Source of the DNA: Fervidobacterium sp.
Lineage (GTDB): Bacteria; Thermotogota; Thermotogae; Thermotogales; Fervidobacteriaceae
DNA: 64,000 nucleotides
Direction of reading: 5' to 3'
NCBI GenBank assembly: GCA_049970055.1
Contig: JBMFNR010000002.1
Coordinates: forward strand, 573,371 to 637,370
Shown: piece by piece, positions 1 through 9,051 of the stretch
How the letters are laid out: each line of letters opens with the position of its first letter
Numbering within the stretch: the stretch's first letter is position 1
Notes under the pieces: generated by a model
What the model saw: only the letters and a program-made list of their open reading frames with translations
What the model was told of the DNA's origin: nothing
The model's database searches: none
Translations under genes and position numbers: made by a program

Positions 1-602
1 CAGACGAGCCTAAGTCTATCACCAGAAAATTCAACCGAGTAGATATTTCTATAACCTTTGTTTAAAGCTTTTTTGGACATCTGCTCTGCATTTTTAAAGG
101 AAGCAATGATAATTGCATCGCTTTGGATGTGTGTATCAAAGGAGATAACTGGGACACCCTCAATTTTTGTACCGACCTTGCTGTCATCTTCATCTATGAA
201 GGCGACGATATTGAATTTCTCTTTGTTGGACATCAATCTCAACAGCATTTTACCAACAACACCAGCTCCGTAAATTGCCACGTCACGCTTCCCAATAAGT
301 TTTAAAAATATATCTTGGAATTTCAGTTCGATATCCTTATATAGTTGAGAGATTTCCGATAGATAGGCTAATCTGAGATAGTTAAGCTTTACTATCCCCT
401 TATCTGATAATTTGTACTTTCCACCAACTTTTTCCACTGTGCCTTCTGTCAAGAACGTCTTTAAATACTTGTTTACAAGAGAAGGTACAATGCCGGCTTT
501 TAAAGCAAGCTCGGAATGTGTGACATTACCCTGCGAAAGTGCTTGCAATATCATCATTTGCCTGTAAAGCGGCGAATATTCGAAAAATTCAAAGTTTTCC
601 AT
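1..602 (-). CDS. Winged-helix (MarR-like, EPS-associated type) regulator with C-terminal Rossmann domain; 3' end runs off the window
   Basis: Not in the ORF track. Hand translation from ATG at 602 (SD GGGAGG upstream) is open to position 1: MENFEFFEYSPLYRQMMILQALSQGNVTHSELALKAGIVPSLVNKYLKTF... (HTH), then VAIYGAGVVGK...IVAFIDEDDSKVG..IEGVPVI (GxGxxG Rossmann). Confidence 0.8.
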   Translation of the reverse strand, partial: MENFEFFEYSPLYRQMMILQALSQGNVTHSELALKAGIVPSLVNKYLKTFLTEGTVEKVGGKYKLSDKGIVKLNYLRLAYLSEISQLYKDIELKFQDIFLKLIGKRDVAIYGAGVVGKMLLRLMSNKEKFNIVAFIDEDDSKVGTKIEGVPVISFDTHIQSDAIIIASFKNAEQMSKKALNKGYRNIYSVEFSGDRLRLV

Positions 603-653
603 GCGTAAACCTCCCAATTTTTACAATTCAGTGGAACATCCTAACTGTTTTAC

Positions 654-1916
654 TCAAAGCTTTATTGATTTCAATTCTTCAGCAAATTCCGATGCTTTTA
701 TTCTTACGTTATTTATCGCCTCTTCTAGTTGCTCAATTCCCGCGTAAAGTTCCTCGACAGATTCTTGCACTGCACGGGAAACTCTCGCAACTTTGTCTGA
801 GTTTTGAGTAGACGCGTTAACGACCTGATTAATCACATTCAAAGAATCCCTGACATAATTAACTTCCTTAGAGATTTTTTCAGTTATTAGTACAGTGGCT
901 GCAACAACTTTTTCGACATCTTTGAGTGAATCTTTCGATTCTTTGGCAAGTGTTCTTGTTGATGCTGAAAGTTCCATAATCATTTCTGCTATCCTTGAGA
1001 GCCCGTCTTTATCTATTGTTTCCTTGCTTGTCTCAATGGAGGCGTTGATAGCCAATACTGTGATATTATCGGATACTTCTGTTATCTTCTCAGCAATTCC
1101 ACTAAGGGATTCTATCGTACTTGTTAGTTCTGAAACCGAATGTGTTATTTCTTCGATAGTATTAGTAAAATCTCTTATTCTATTGAGCGTAGTTTCAACT
1201 TCTGCCCTACTTTCTTCAAAATATGCGGCAAGTTCTTCCACAGCTTTATTCAATTCCAAAGATGCCTCTTCGGTATTATGAGCGACAGATTTGATCTCTT
1301 CAGCTGAAGAAGCAGTGGATACAATATTTTCAAAAACTGTGTTCAGTAATTCTGTGGCTGCTTTGTACTGATTTTTTGTTGGGTTTATAAGGAATTCTCC
1401 AAATATATACCCGATTATCAATGAAACGATAACAGATAACGGTATAAAAAATCGGAGCATAAATGAATTGAGTTTTTTCAAGTCGGCGAAAAGTTCATCT
1501 TCACGAGCCGCGTGTACCACAAATTTATCACCATCAAATGCAAATGCAACATATCTTTTAGTACCTTCGTAATTGTACGAATATATTCCTGTCTTCACTT
1601 TGAGCATATATTCGAAAAGTCCAGGGACAGTGGTTTTAACATCAATTCCAATTTTTGTATTATCTTGGTGCATTAACGTTATGCCGTCATCCGATATCAC
1701 GTAATAGTAACCTACCTCTGGTTGGATTTTGTCGATAAAATCGTAATATCTTATTCGGGACAATACCTTTACCTCGCTTAAGAAACTTTTCAATGCAACG
1801 TTCTTAATCGTATCGATTGATTTAGGCAGCATTATAAAAAATACAAAAATGGTGAGTGTGCCAAATATCAAAATAGCACTTATAATAGAATACTTCCAAC
1901 TAAGCTTCATGATCAT
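654..1916 (-). CDS. Methyl-accepting chemotaxis protein (2 TM, single Cache-like sensor, short signalling domain)
   Basis: Two TM helices flank a Cache-like YYYVISDDGITLMH segment; hairpin-tip motif NITVLAINASIETSK; coiled-coil with EE/EQ pairs. Confidence 0.85.
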   Translation of the reverse strand: MIMKLSWKYSIISAILIFGTLTIFVFFIMLPKSIDTIKNVALKSFLSEVKVLSRIRYYDFIDKIQPEVGYYYVISDDGITLMHQDNTKIGIDVKTTVPGLFEYMLKVKTGIYSYNYEGTKRYVAFAFDGDKFVVHAAREDELFADLKKLNSFMLRFFIPLSVIVSLIIGYIFGEFLINPTKNQYKAATELLNTVFENIVSTASSAEEIKSVAHNTEEASLELNKAVEELAAYFEESRAEVETTLNRIRDFTNTIEEITHSVSELTSTIESLSGIAEKITEVSDNITVLAINASIETSKETIDKDGLSRIAEMIMELSASTRTLAKESKDSLKDVEKVVAATVLITEKISKEVNYVRDSLNVINQVVNASTQNSDKVARVSRAVQESVEELYAGIEQLEEAINNVRIKASEFAEELKSIKL

Positions 1917-3232
1917 TTTCCTCCCTCTTCAAATTTTTCGAATATTTCACCCACGGTTTCCCCATTCCATTCAAAAAGTATGTGATCAAATTCAACTGCA
2001 AGAGATAAATTCTCCAACGAATGTTTTACCTTCCTCAAAATATCTTCTTTTTCATTTTCTGCCTTCGAGATTTTTGAGCCTATGAAAATGCATGCAAATT
2101 CATTAGTAGAAATTCTCCCAGCAAGGTCTGGGACTTTTTCCAGTAGTACATCTGAGGTAATTTTTAAGATATTACTCACAATTTTTTCTCCACTCAAAGC
2201 ACTTATTTCTCTTAAGTTCCTGATTTTCAATTTAAGAAAACTTAGAGGAATATTGTTTCTCAGAGCAAAATCAATGGCATATTCAACACGCGTTCTGAAG
2301 TATGTTTCATTGTACAGCCCTGTCACTTCGTCTATTTCTCTCCCGATCGAGAGATTTCTGTAATCGTTTAGAATTTGAAAAAGTGTGCTCAGTGGTTCAT
2401 TTATCATCGAGAGAATGTTTTGGGCCATATCTGAAATAGCACCGTGTTCTAATACCACAAAGCCGATAGGCTCTCTTTTTTTATATATGATTTCCATTAT
2501 AAAGTCATCGTCACATGATCTATTCCCGTCAAAGTATGATACTACGTTGGAATAATATTTCACGCCTGCAAAGTCTACGATTAATTTGTGTACTTCTTCT
2601 GGTGAAGCAAGATTTTTTCCGAATCCGTAAAGTCTTATCTCTGAAAGTGAAGACAAAGCTATGTAACAAGATTCAAATTCAAACAATTCTTTCAATAACT
2701 CAAACAATTTTCTCATCACAAGTTGTTCATCATATAAATACTCGGAATAGCTTATTATTTCCCTGACCAACGTTGACTCTTTCAGACTTTCTTCAATTAT
2801 ATCGACTAATTCACAGTACGGTTCTGTATGACTCTTGTAAATTTCTCTTGACCATTCAAAAGAGAATGGCTCTTCTACAAATCGTATTATTTCACGCTCC
2901 AATTCGTCTTGTGGAAGAGTTTTCTTCAGAAAATAATTGACGCCACTCTTTTTTGCCCAAAAGGAATTAACGGTTTCTTCAGCACCTGTGAGCATTAATA
3001 TTCCCACATTTTTTGTTGCAGTATAACTTCTTATAAATCTTGTGAAGTGGATTCCGTTGAGTTTTGGCATCACATAATCAACGATAACAACATCGGGAAG
3101 GAAAGAAAAAAACTTGTTTATACCATCAAGTCCATCTTTTGCTACTTCAGTACTGTGTCCATTGCTTTCTATAAGGTTTTTTAAAAAATTCCGCCAGACT
3201 GCAGAATCATCTACGATTAATACCTTTTTCAC
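1913..3232 (-). CDS. Response regulator: REC plus degenerate GGDEF domain
   Basis: REC motifs IVDDS, VDYVMPKLNG, T and K conserved. C-terminal DEVTGLYN...GRISTNEF is a GGDEF fold with a degenerate active site. Start set at GTG 3232 from the SD; ORF track gives 3241. Confidence 0.8.
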   Translation of the reverse strand: MKKVLIVDDSAVWRNFLKNLIESNGHSTEVAKDGLDGINKFFSFLPDVVIVDYVMPKLNGIHFTRFIRSYTATKNVGILMLTGAEETVNSFWAKKSGVNYFLKKTLPQDELEREIIRFVEEPFSFEWSREIYKSHTEPYCELVDIIEESLKESTLVREIISYSEYLYDEQLVMRKLFELLKELFEFESCYIALSSLSEIRLYGFGKNLASPEEVHKLIVDFAGVKYYSNVVSYFDGNRSCDDDFIMEIIYKKREPIGFVVLEHGAISDMAQNILSMINEPLSTLFQILNDYRNLSIGREIDEVTGLYNETYFRTRVEYAIDFALRNNIPLSFLKLKIRNLREISALSGEKIVSNILKITSDVLLEKVPDLAGRISTNEFACIFIGSKISKAENEKEDILRKVKHSLENLSLAVEFDHILFEWNGETVGEIFEKFEEGGK

Positions 3233-3237
3233 TATGA

Positions 3238-3810
3238 TCACTCCCCATTCTTGACCATATTATTTATACCAATGATTATCTCTTTGATCTTTTCGTGTTC
3301 CATTTTTTCGTATCTTGATTCAAGTTCTTTTGCAATATTTTCTGGAAGGTAAGGAAATTGTGGTTTTTTCTCTATTATAAATCTAACCCATTTCGATTTT
3401 AATTTCTTTGCGTAATCTTTTCCATCATCACCAAGTCCGCCGAGAACTATAATCGTCACATTATTATCTGCAAATTTAACAAGGGATTCAAATAACTTCG
3501 ATATTGATGGGTGGACTTTATATTCGGAATCTACAGAATTAACGATGTTTTCTGTTACGAAAACGATATCTTTGCCACCTTGTGGTAGATAAATTCCTTG
3601 TGTCAATTCCATCGGTGCTTTGACAATATAAACAGGGTGCATCGTTTCTGAAACTATGTGGTTTGCATATGTTTCCATAACATTGCCTGAAAAATGGATA
3701 CAAATTATTACTGGAATATAAAGTTCTTGTTTTACCTTTAACAGTTCAATCGCAATGTTTGGACTTCCGGCCGAACCTACTATTATTACTTTTGGCTTTT
3801 TCATCTTCAT
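3238..3810 (-). CDS. cheB: CheB-type methylesterase domain, stand-alone (no REC), degenerate
   Basis: IVGSAGSP, ICIHF, HPSISKLFESL and VLGGLGDDG align with CheB GASTGG, VQHM, RPSVDVLF and ILTGMGxDG. Confidence 0.75.
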   Translation of the reverse strand: MKMKKPKVIIVGSAGSPNIAIELLKVKQELYIPVIICIHFSGNVMETYANHIVSETMHPVYIVKAPMELTQGIYLPQGGKDIVFVTENIVNSVDSEYKVHPSISKLFESLVKFADNNVTIIVLGGLGDDGKDYAKKLKSKWVRFIIEKKPQFPYLPENIAKELESRYEKMEHEKIKEIIIGINNMVKNGE

Positions 3811-3821
3811 ACCCTACCCTA

Positions 3822-5576
3822 TTATTCGATGAGTTTTTCTATTAGTTTTATCAATCTTTCTAGCGGTTCTTCTTTTGATACGTAACCGTCAGCCCCAACT
3901 TCAAGCCCTTTTGCGAGTTGCTCTCTTGAGAGTGTGCTGAAAAGCACAACTGGTAGATTATTTTTTATTTTTTTAATCCTCCTTGTGGTTTCAAATCCGT
4001 CTATATCTGGCATCTCAATATCGCATAACACGATATCAAAGTTACCTTTTTCAACGTATTCTACAGCTTCTAAGCCACCTTTTGCCTCTACAACAATGTA
4101 ACCAAATGTAGCCAGGAACTTTGAAACAACATTTCTTGTGACAATGGAATCATCAACTAGTAATATTTTAACCTGTTTAGATTGCTTTGTTTCCGTTTGT
4201 CTAAAGGACTCAACATCTATTACTGGTAAGGGGTAAATAAAAATATTTTTTACAAACCCTTTTATGTCTTTGTATTTTTCGCCGCTAATCTGACCATCAA
4301 AAATCCCTAGGATATTGTCAATGAGTAATGCATTATGCTTTCTTGTTACAATGGCAAATCTTGATTTTTTGGATTTATAAATGATATCGCATATTCTATC
4401 TTTGTGCCTAACCTGTCCGTTTATCTCCTTAGGCCTCGAAAGTACTTCTAAAATATCCGAAGTATCGACACAAAATTGCTGATCATCCGCCTCAATTACA
4501 AGAACTTTCGTGAGAAATGTTTTCACTGGGAAGTGTATAATAAATCTAGTACCTTTACTAGAACTGGTTACAAACTCAACATCTCCACCTTTCGCCATTG
4601 CGAAATTCTTAACGGCGTCCAATCCAACGCCTCTTCCAGATGTACCGTCCGCTTGCTCCTTTGTTGAAAATCCGGGAACAAAAATCACGTCTTCTGGCCT
4701 CAGATGGCCAAGATTCATTTGTAAAGCCCTTCCCCTCACCTTCTCAAAATCTATACCCTTTCCATCATCTTCTACTTCCAAAAACAATTCGTTGTTTAGT
4801 ACATAACTTCTTAACGTGATAGTTCCAACTTCCTTTTTTCCAAGGTTTTTCCTTTGTTCGGGAAGTTCAATTCCATGAGCTATGGCATTTCTAACGAGGT
4901 GTACCAGCATGTCAACAAGCGCCTGAGAATCTTTCTTTTCTACCAATTCATTTCCTACCTCGAGAACTAAGCGAACCTTCTTTTTCTCATTACTTGCTTC
5001 TTGAAGAACAAGGGTATCAAAGTTTGATAGTAAGTCGCTTAGTTTTACGTAGTACAGGTTCTGTATTTCATTCACAAGTTTTTGTTTAGCAGTCCTAATG
5101 ACTCTAAGTGCACTATTTATATCGCTACGCATCAAGCTATTTTCCGTAATCAGTGCCATAGATAAGAATTCCTGAAGATCCTGTAAAGATAATCCATAAT
5201 TAGCCTGCGAAATGATCTTAGACTCAACTCGTTTCTTTCCCTCAAGTTTATCGATTAGATCATTTACTTCCTCTTCTGAAAGATCTGTTGATCGTTCTAG
5301 AAGAGGTGGAATTGTGGATAACAGACGAGTTAGAAGTTCATCCGATAAATCTTTCTGCCCTGACAAAAAATTCTTGAAGTATTCTTCAATTTTGTGAAAT
5401 ACATCTTTGTAACCGGTAAGCCCAACTAAGCTTGCGGAACCTTTTATAGTATGAAAAAGCCTGTATATATTGTTTATTAGGGTTAAATCTTTCGTTTGCA
5501 GAAAAGACTTTATATTTTCAGTAGCTTCCATACCTTTTTCACGCAACTCTTCGAAAAACACTTCAAGAAAATCCAT
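3822..5576 (-). CDS. cheA: Hybrid chemotaxis histidine kinase CheA (HPT-HATPase-CheW-REC)
   Basis: HPT FHTIKGSA; HLVRNAIAHGIE; DDGKGID; FVPGFST; SGRGVGLDAV; C-terminal REC LLVDDS/CDIEMP. Confidence 0.95.
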   Translation of the reverse strand: MDFLEVFFEELREKGMEATENIKSFLQTKDLTLINNIYRLFHTIKGSASLVGLTGYKDVFHKIEEYFKNFLSGQKDLSDELLTRLLSTIPPLLERSTDLSEEEVNDLIDKLEGKKRVESKIISQANYGLSLQDLQEFLSMALITENSLMRSDINSALRVIRTAKQKLVNEIQNLYYVKLSDLLSNFDTLVLQEASNEKKKVRLVLEVGNELVEKKDSQALVDMLVHLVRNAIAHGIELPEQRKNLGKKEVGTITLRSYVLNNELFLEVEDDGKGIDFEKVRGRALQMNLGHLRPEDVIFVPGFSTKEQADGTSGRGVGLDAVKNFAMAKGGDVEFVTSSSKGTRFIIHFPVKTFLTKVLVIEADDQQFCVDTSDILEVLSRPKEINGQVRHKDRICDIIYKSKKSRFAIVTRKHNALLIDNILGIFDGQISGEKYKDIKGFVKNIFIYPLPVIDVESFRQTETKQSKQVKILLVDDSIVTRNVVSKFLATFGYIVVEAKGGLEAVEYVEKGNFDIVLCDIEMPDIDGFETTRRIKKIKNNLPVVLFSTLSREQLAKGLEVGADGYVSKEEPLERLIKLIEKLIE

Positions 5577-5596
5577 ACTCTTAGCTCCCTATCTTT

Positions 5597-6352
5597 TTAT
5601 TCTAATATCTCAAAAATCCCAAGTTCTGTTTCAAGCCACTTCTTTCCATTTTTTTCGCTTAGCAGTACGCTTCCAGAAACAATGTTAACCTTTGCAGTTT
5701 GATACGCAATGTTTTCAGAAATGACAACAAATTTTCCTTCATCTAGTTTTTTAACAGGCAGTATCTTTTTGTATTCTACAAAGCCATCACTATCTGAGCT
5801 TTTAAACGGTGTCACCAGATTAGATTGGAGTATTGTTTTCACTTTTTCCTTGCTTATAGCGTACTTGTCCCCAATGATTAAAAAGCTGAGCTGATCGATA
5901 CCTTTGATAGCACTTTTAATTATCATATTTTCATACGTTGTAGATTTGACTTTTGCTTCCGATGGTATCTGGACACTTGTCGTGTTGTAAATGTAGAAAA
6001 TATCACCTTTACACTGAATTATTCCGACATATTCTGAAAGATGTTCAAAACACGTACCTGTATCAAATGGTACAGAACTGGATATTTCAATAACCTCCCC
6101 TTCCCACTCGCCTATTATTCTTGTAACGCCAAAAGCATACTGTGTTAACACGAGAAAATATTTCAGAACAGGCATCGGTAATTTTGAGTGTGAAACAACA
6201 GGATACAAGTAATTACCATGTTGAGTGAACCCAAGTATCTGATTTGAAGGACCCGGGAAAAAGCTCGTACTTACACCACGCACAAGTGCCGTTTCTATAG
6301 CAATCTTAACTATTCCATTTTCATGTTCGATTTCACACAGGTAAAACTTCAT
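5597..6352 (-). CDS. Divergent CheW-like coupling protein (probably two CheW-like repeats)
   Basis: Lies between cheR and cheA; CheW-like ILGFTQHGNYLYPVV and a second GFVEYKKILPV segment. Confidence 0.55.
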   Translation of the reverse strand: MKFYLCEIEHENGIVKIAIETALVRGVSTSFFPGPSNQILGFTQHGNYLYPVVSHSKLPMPVLKYFLVLTQYAFGVTRIIGEWEGEVIEISSSVPFDTGTCFEHLSEYVGIIQCKGDIFYIYNTTSVQIPSEAKVKSTTYENMIIKSAIKGIDQLSFLIIGDKYAISKEKVKTILQSNLVTPFKSSDSDGFVEYKKILPVKKLDEGKFVVISENIAYQTAKVNIVSGSVLLSEKNGKKWLETELGIFEILE

Positions 6353-6378
6353 ATCAACACCTCGCTCATTTTAAGAAC

Positions 6379-7485
6379 TTATCGAAAGCCTAACATATTA
6401 TCCAGATAATGTTTTATTTGCCATGCTTCCTCATCGTAGTGATTTAAAAATAGAGACTTCTTAATCGATTCCTTTGCCTGCATGATTTTTGCTAATTCTA
6501 TCTCTACCAGCGCTTTGTATTTCCAAACTAAATGTTCAGTTGGGTATTTTGATGAAAGTGATTTTACTTTTTCATATGCCAAGTCATACATTTTTCTCTC
6601 TATCAAATGTTCCACTACTTTTATCTCATTTTCAAACGTTGGGATAAATAAGACATTTTCTATTTTTTTACATTCCTTCTGGACTATCTGCTTCTTTTGA
6701 ATTTCTTGTATTTTTTGAATTTCTTGTATTTTGTGCTTTTCTTTATTAATATCAGTAAAGCTGCGCTTTTTCAATATAGCGCCGTTATCATCGTAGACAG
6801 GTTCTAAATGTTTGTAAAGTTCTGGAAAATATTCACCTATTCCAATTATTAAGTACCCGTTATCGTTTAGTAACCTTAGAACACTGTGGAGTGTTTCTTC
6901 TATTCTATCTAAGTATATGAGTACTCTCCTTAGGAAGATTATATCAAATTTTCTTCCATCTAGTTCAAAACAATTGTTAATATTACACACTAAAAACGAT
7001 ACATTAACTTTGTACTCATTTTTGATGCAATATCTTTCATTCACCTTCACAAAATACTTATCTATATCTTTCTCTGGAAGGAATCTTAAACTCCAGTACC
7101 TGTAGCAACCGTCCTTAGCTTCTTGTATTCTTTGATGATTCATGTCTATGCCTAAGATGTTACATTTCACATTTAATTTCTTGGCTATTATGGACAGTGA
7201 ATAAACCTCTTCTCCTCTCGAACATCCAACTGATAGTATATTCCATTCATTTTTTGTTTTCAGCAACTTTTCAAGTTTTTCAAACGTTTTTAAATCTCTG
7301 AAAAAGTAAGATTCACCTACGGTTAGGTTTTCAATAACGAGCAGTTCGAAGAGTTCTTCTGTTAAGTCCTCCACGGGTAACTCTTTTATTCTGTTTAAAA
7401 ATCTGTCTAGCCTGTCATCTTGTGTTTTCAGTCTATGCTTTTGCAAGATAGTCAAAACACGCTCTTTGATGGATTCAAAATTCAT
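6379..7485 (-). CDS. cheR: CheR methyltransferase with C-terminal TPR
   Basis: TVGESYFFRD, SVGCSRGEEVYSL, GIDMN, DIIFLRRVLIY; TPR-like C-terminus (KSLFLNH). ATG 7485 has SD GGAGG. Confidence 0.9.
   Translation of the reverse strand: MNFESIKERVLTILQKHRLKTQDDRLDRFLNRIKELPVEDLTEELFELLVIENLTVGESYFFRDLKTFEKLEKLLKTKNEWNILSVGCSRGEEVYSLSIIAKKLNVKCNILGIDMNHQRIQEAKDGCYRYWSLRFLPEKDIDKYFVKVNERYCIKNEYKVNVSFLVCNINNCFELDGRKFDIIFLRRVLIYLDRIEETLHSVLRLLNDNGYLIIGIGEYFPELYKHLEPVYDDNGAILKKRSFTDINKEKHKIQEIQKIQEIQKKQIVQKECKKIENVLFIPTFENEIKVVEHLIERKMYDLAYEKVKSLSSKYPTEHLVWKYKALVEIELAKIMQAKESIKKSLFLNHYDEEAWQIKHYLDNMLGFR
6695..6732. repeat. In-frame 18-bp tandem duplication in the cheR linker (KIQEIQ x2)
   Basis: TTTTGAATTTCTTGTATT occurs twice in tandem, at 6695-6712 and 6713-6730. 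Confidence 0.85.
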
Positions 7486-7589
7486 TGATATACCTCCAGG
7501 ATATACTTCCAAATTTATTCCAATTTATTCCAGATTTACTTTAGCTCTTCTCAGAGTAATATCAAACACTTCCAATGCGCACACTTCAT

Positions 7590-7613
7590 ATTATAGCACT
7601 TTTATGCTATACT
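7590..7613. promoter_or_regulatory. Back-to-back extended -10 elements (TGcTATAAT on -, TGcTATACT on +)
   Basis: TATAGCA-N6-TGCTATA inverted repeat in the divergent cheR / LOG-family intergenic region. Confidence 0.55.
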
Positions 7614-7658
7614 ACATAATGATTGATCAAGACTTGTTAGCGAAAGGATGTTAATGTC

Positions 7659-8180
7659 ATGGATGGAAGATTGAAGGTTGGGGTTATTGGATATTCTGGT
7701 AAAATCGACGAAGATCCAATATTGGGCCTTATCGACATTTGTCTTAACCTTGGAAGAGAACTAGGTAAGAGGTATGTTGTTTTCACAGGTGGTCGAGATG
7801 GTATCATGGAGCTTGTGGCAAAAGGTGTCTCAGAAGTTGGTGGATTTAGTGTGGGGGTACTACCATGGGATGGTTCCGATTCAAACGAATACAATTCACT
7901 AGTGATAAGTACAGGCCTTGACTTTCAGATGCGTTCTTTCATACTCGTCAAGAGTGTCGATGCAGTTATTTCAATAGGTGGAGAAATTGGAACCGCTGTT
8001 GAGATTCTCGCCTCTTATGCAAATAAAAAACCCGTTATACTTCTGAGAGGAACAGGTGGGTGGACAGACAGAATTTCAAATGTTTTAATTGATGGAATGT
8101 ACCTTGATAATAGGCGACTTGCTCCTGTTTACCAAGTTTGGAGTGTTGAAGAGGTTTTAAGGCTATTAGATAATTTTTAA
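7659..8180 (+). CDS. LOG/SLOG-family protein (TIGR00725-like)
   Basis: TGGRDGIMELV, GVLP, RSFILV, IGGEIGTAVE motifs. Confidence 0.85.
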   Translation: MDGRLKVGVIGYSGKIDEDPILGLIDICLNLGRELGKRYVVFTGGRDGIMELVAKGVSEVGGFSVGVLPWDGSDSNEYNSLVISTGLDFQMRSFILVKSVDAVISIGGEIGTAVEILASYANKKPVILLRGTGGWTDRISNVLIDGMYLDNRRLAPVYQVWSVEEVLRLLDNF

Positions 8181-8202
8181 TATGATATGAGAGGATGGTA
8201 TA

Positions 8203-9051
8203 ATGAAAAACCTTGCAAAGTATGTACCCGTTTTTGTGGTGACATTATTTTGGGGTGTATCGTTTGTTGCCACAAAATACGTTGTAGATGTGTTTAAACC
8301 ATTCCCAGCAGCACTTTACAGATTTTCGATCGCTCTACTCATTCTCTTACCATTCGTCAAGAATAGAAAAATCAGAGATATCAACGCTTTTTGGGCTGGT
8401 TTTTGGGGGATAACGATGTATTTTGTCTTCGAGAATACGGCGTTAATTTACACATCACCTACAAATGCAGCGGTAATAGTGTCAAGCGCACCGATATTAT
8501 ATGTGTTCTTTACCCATATATTTCACAAGGTAAGGACTAACGTATTTCATTATTTAGGTTCAGCTCTTGCTTTCTTCGGAGTTGCGCTTGTAATACTAAA
8601 TGGTAGAATTATGAAACTCAACCCTATTGGTGACATATACGCGTTTGGTGCGGCGTTTTCTTGGGTAGCTTACACACATTATGTTATGAAAATGAAAAGT
8701 GACAATGGAATACAGCAAGTCTTTTCAATCACCTTCTGGGGTGTTGTAACACTCATTCCATTTTCCATTTTTCAAGATATGACTTTTCATTTCGAATTGA
8801 AAAGCTTTGTAAGCCTTATTTACCTTGGTATAATTTGTTCCGCAATTGGCTACTTTTTATGGAACAAGTCGATAACACTTATCGGTGATAGGAGGACAAC
8901 GAATGCGATTTATTTCATACCTATGGTTACGATATTTTCAGAGAACGTGATTATGAAGTCGAAGTTAACTATATACAATGTATTAGGGGTTCTATCACTA
9001 ATAATGGGATTATATATTTTTGAAAGGGGAGAAGAACATGGCGAGAAATGA
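8203..9051 (+). CDS. DMT/EamA family transporter
   Basis: About 10 TM; FWGVSFVATK, TSPTNAAVI; duplicated EamA repeat. Confidence 0.9.
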   Translation: MKNLAKYVPVFVVTLFWGVSFVATKYVVDVFKPFPAALYRFSIALLILLPFVKNRKIRDINAFWAGFWGITMYFVFENTALIYTSPTNAAVIVSSAPILYVFFTHIFHKVRTNVFHYLGSALAFFGVALVILNGRIMKLNPIGDIYAFGAAFSWVAYTHYVMKMKSDNGIQQVFSITFWGVVTLIPFSIFQDMTFHFELKSFVSLIYLGIICSAIGYFLWNKSITLIGDRRTTNAIYFIPMVTIFSENVIMKSKLTIYNVLGVLSLIMGLYIFERGEEHGEK

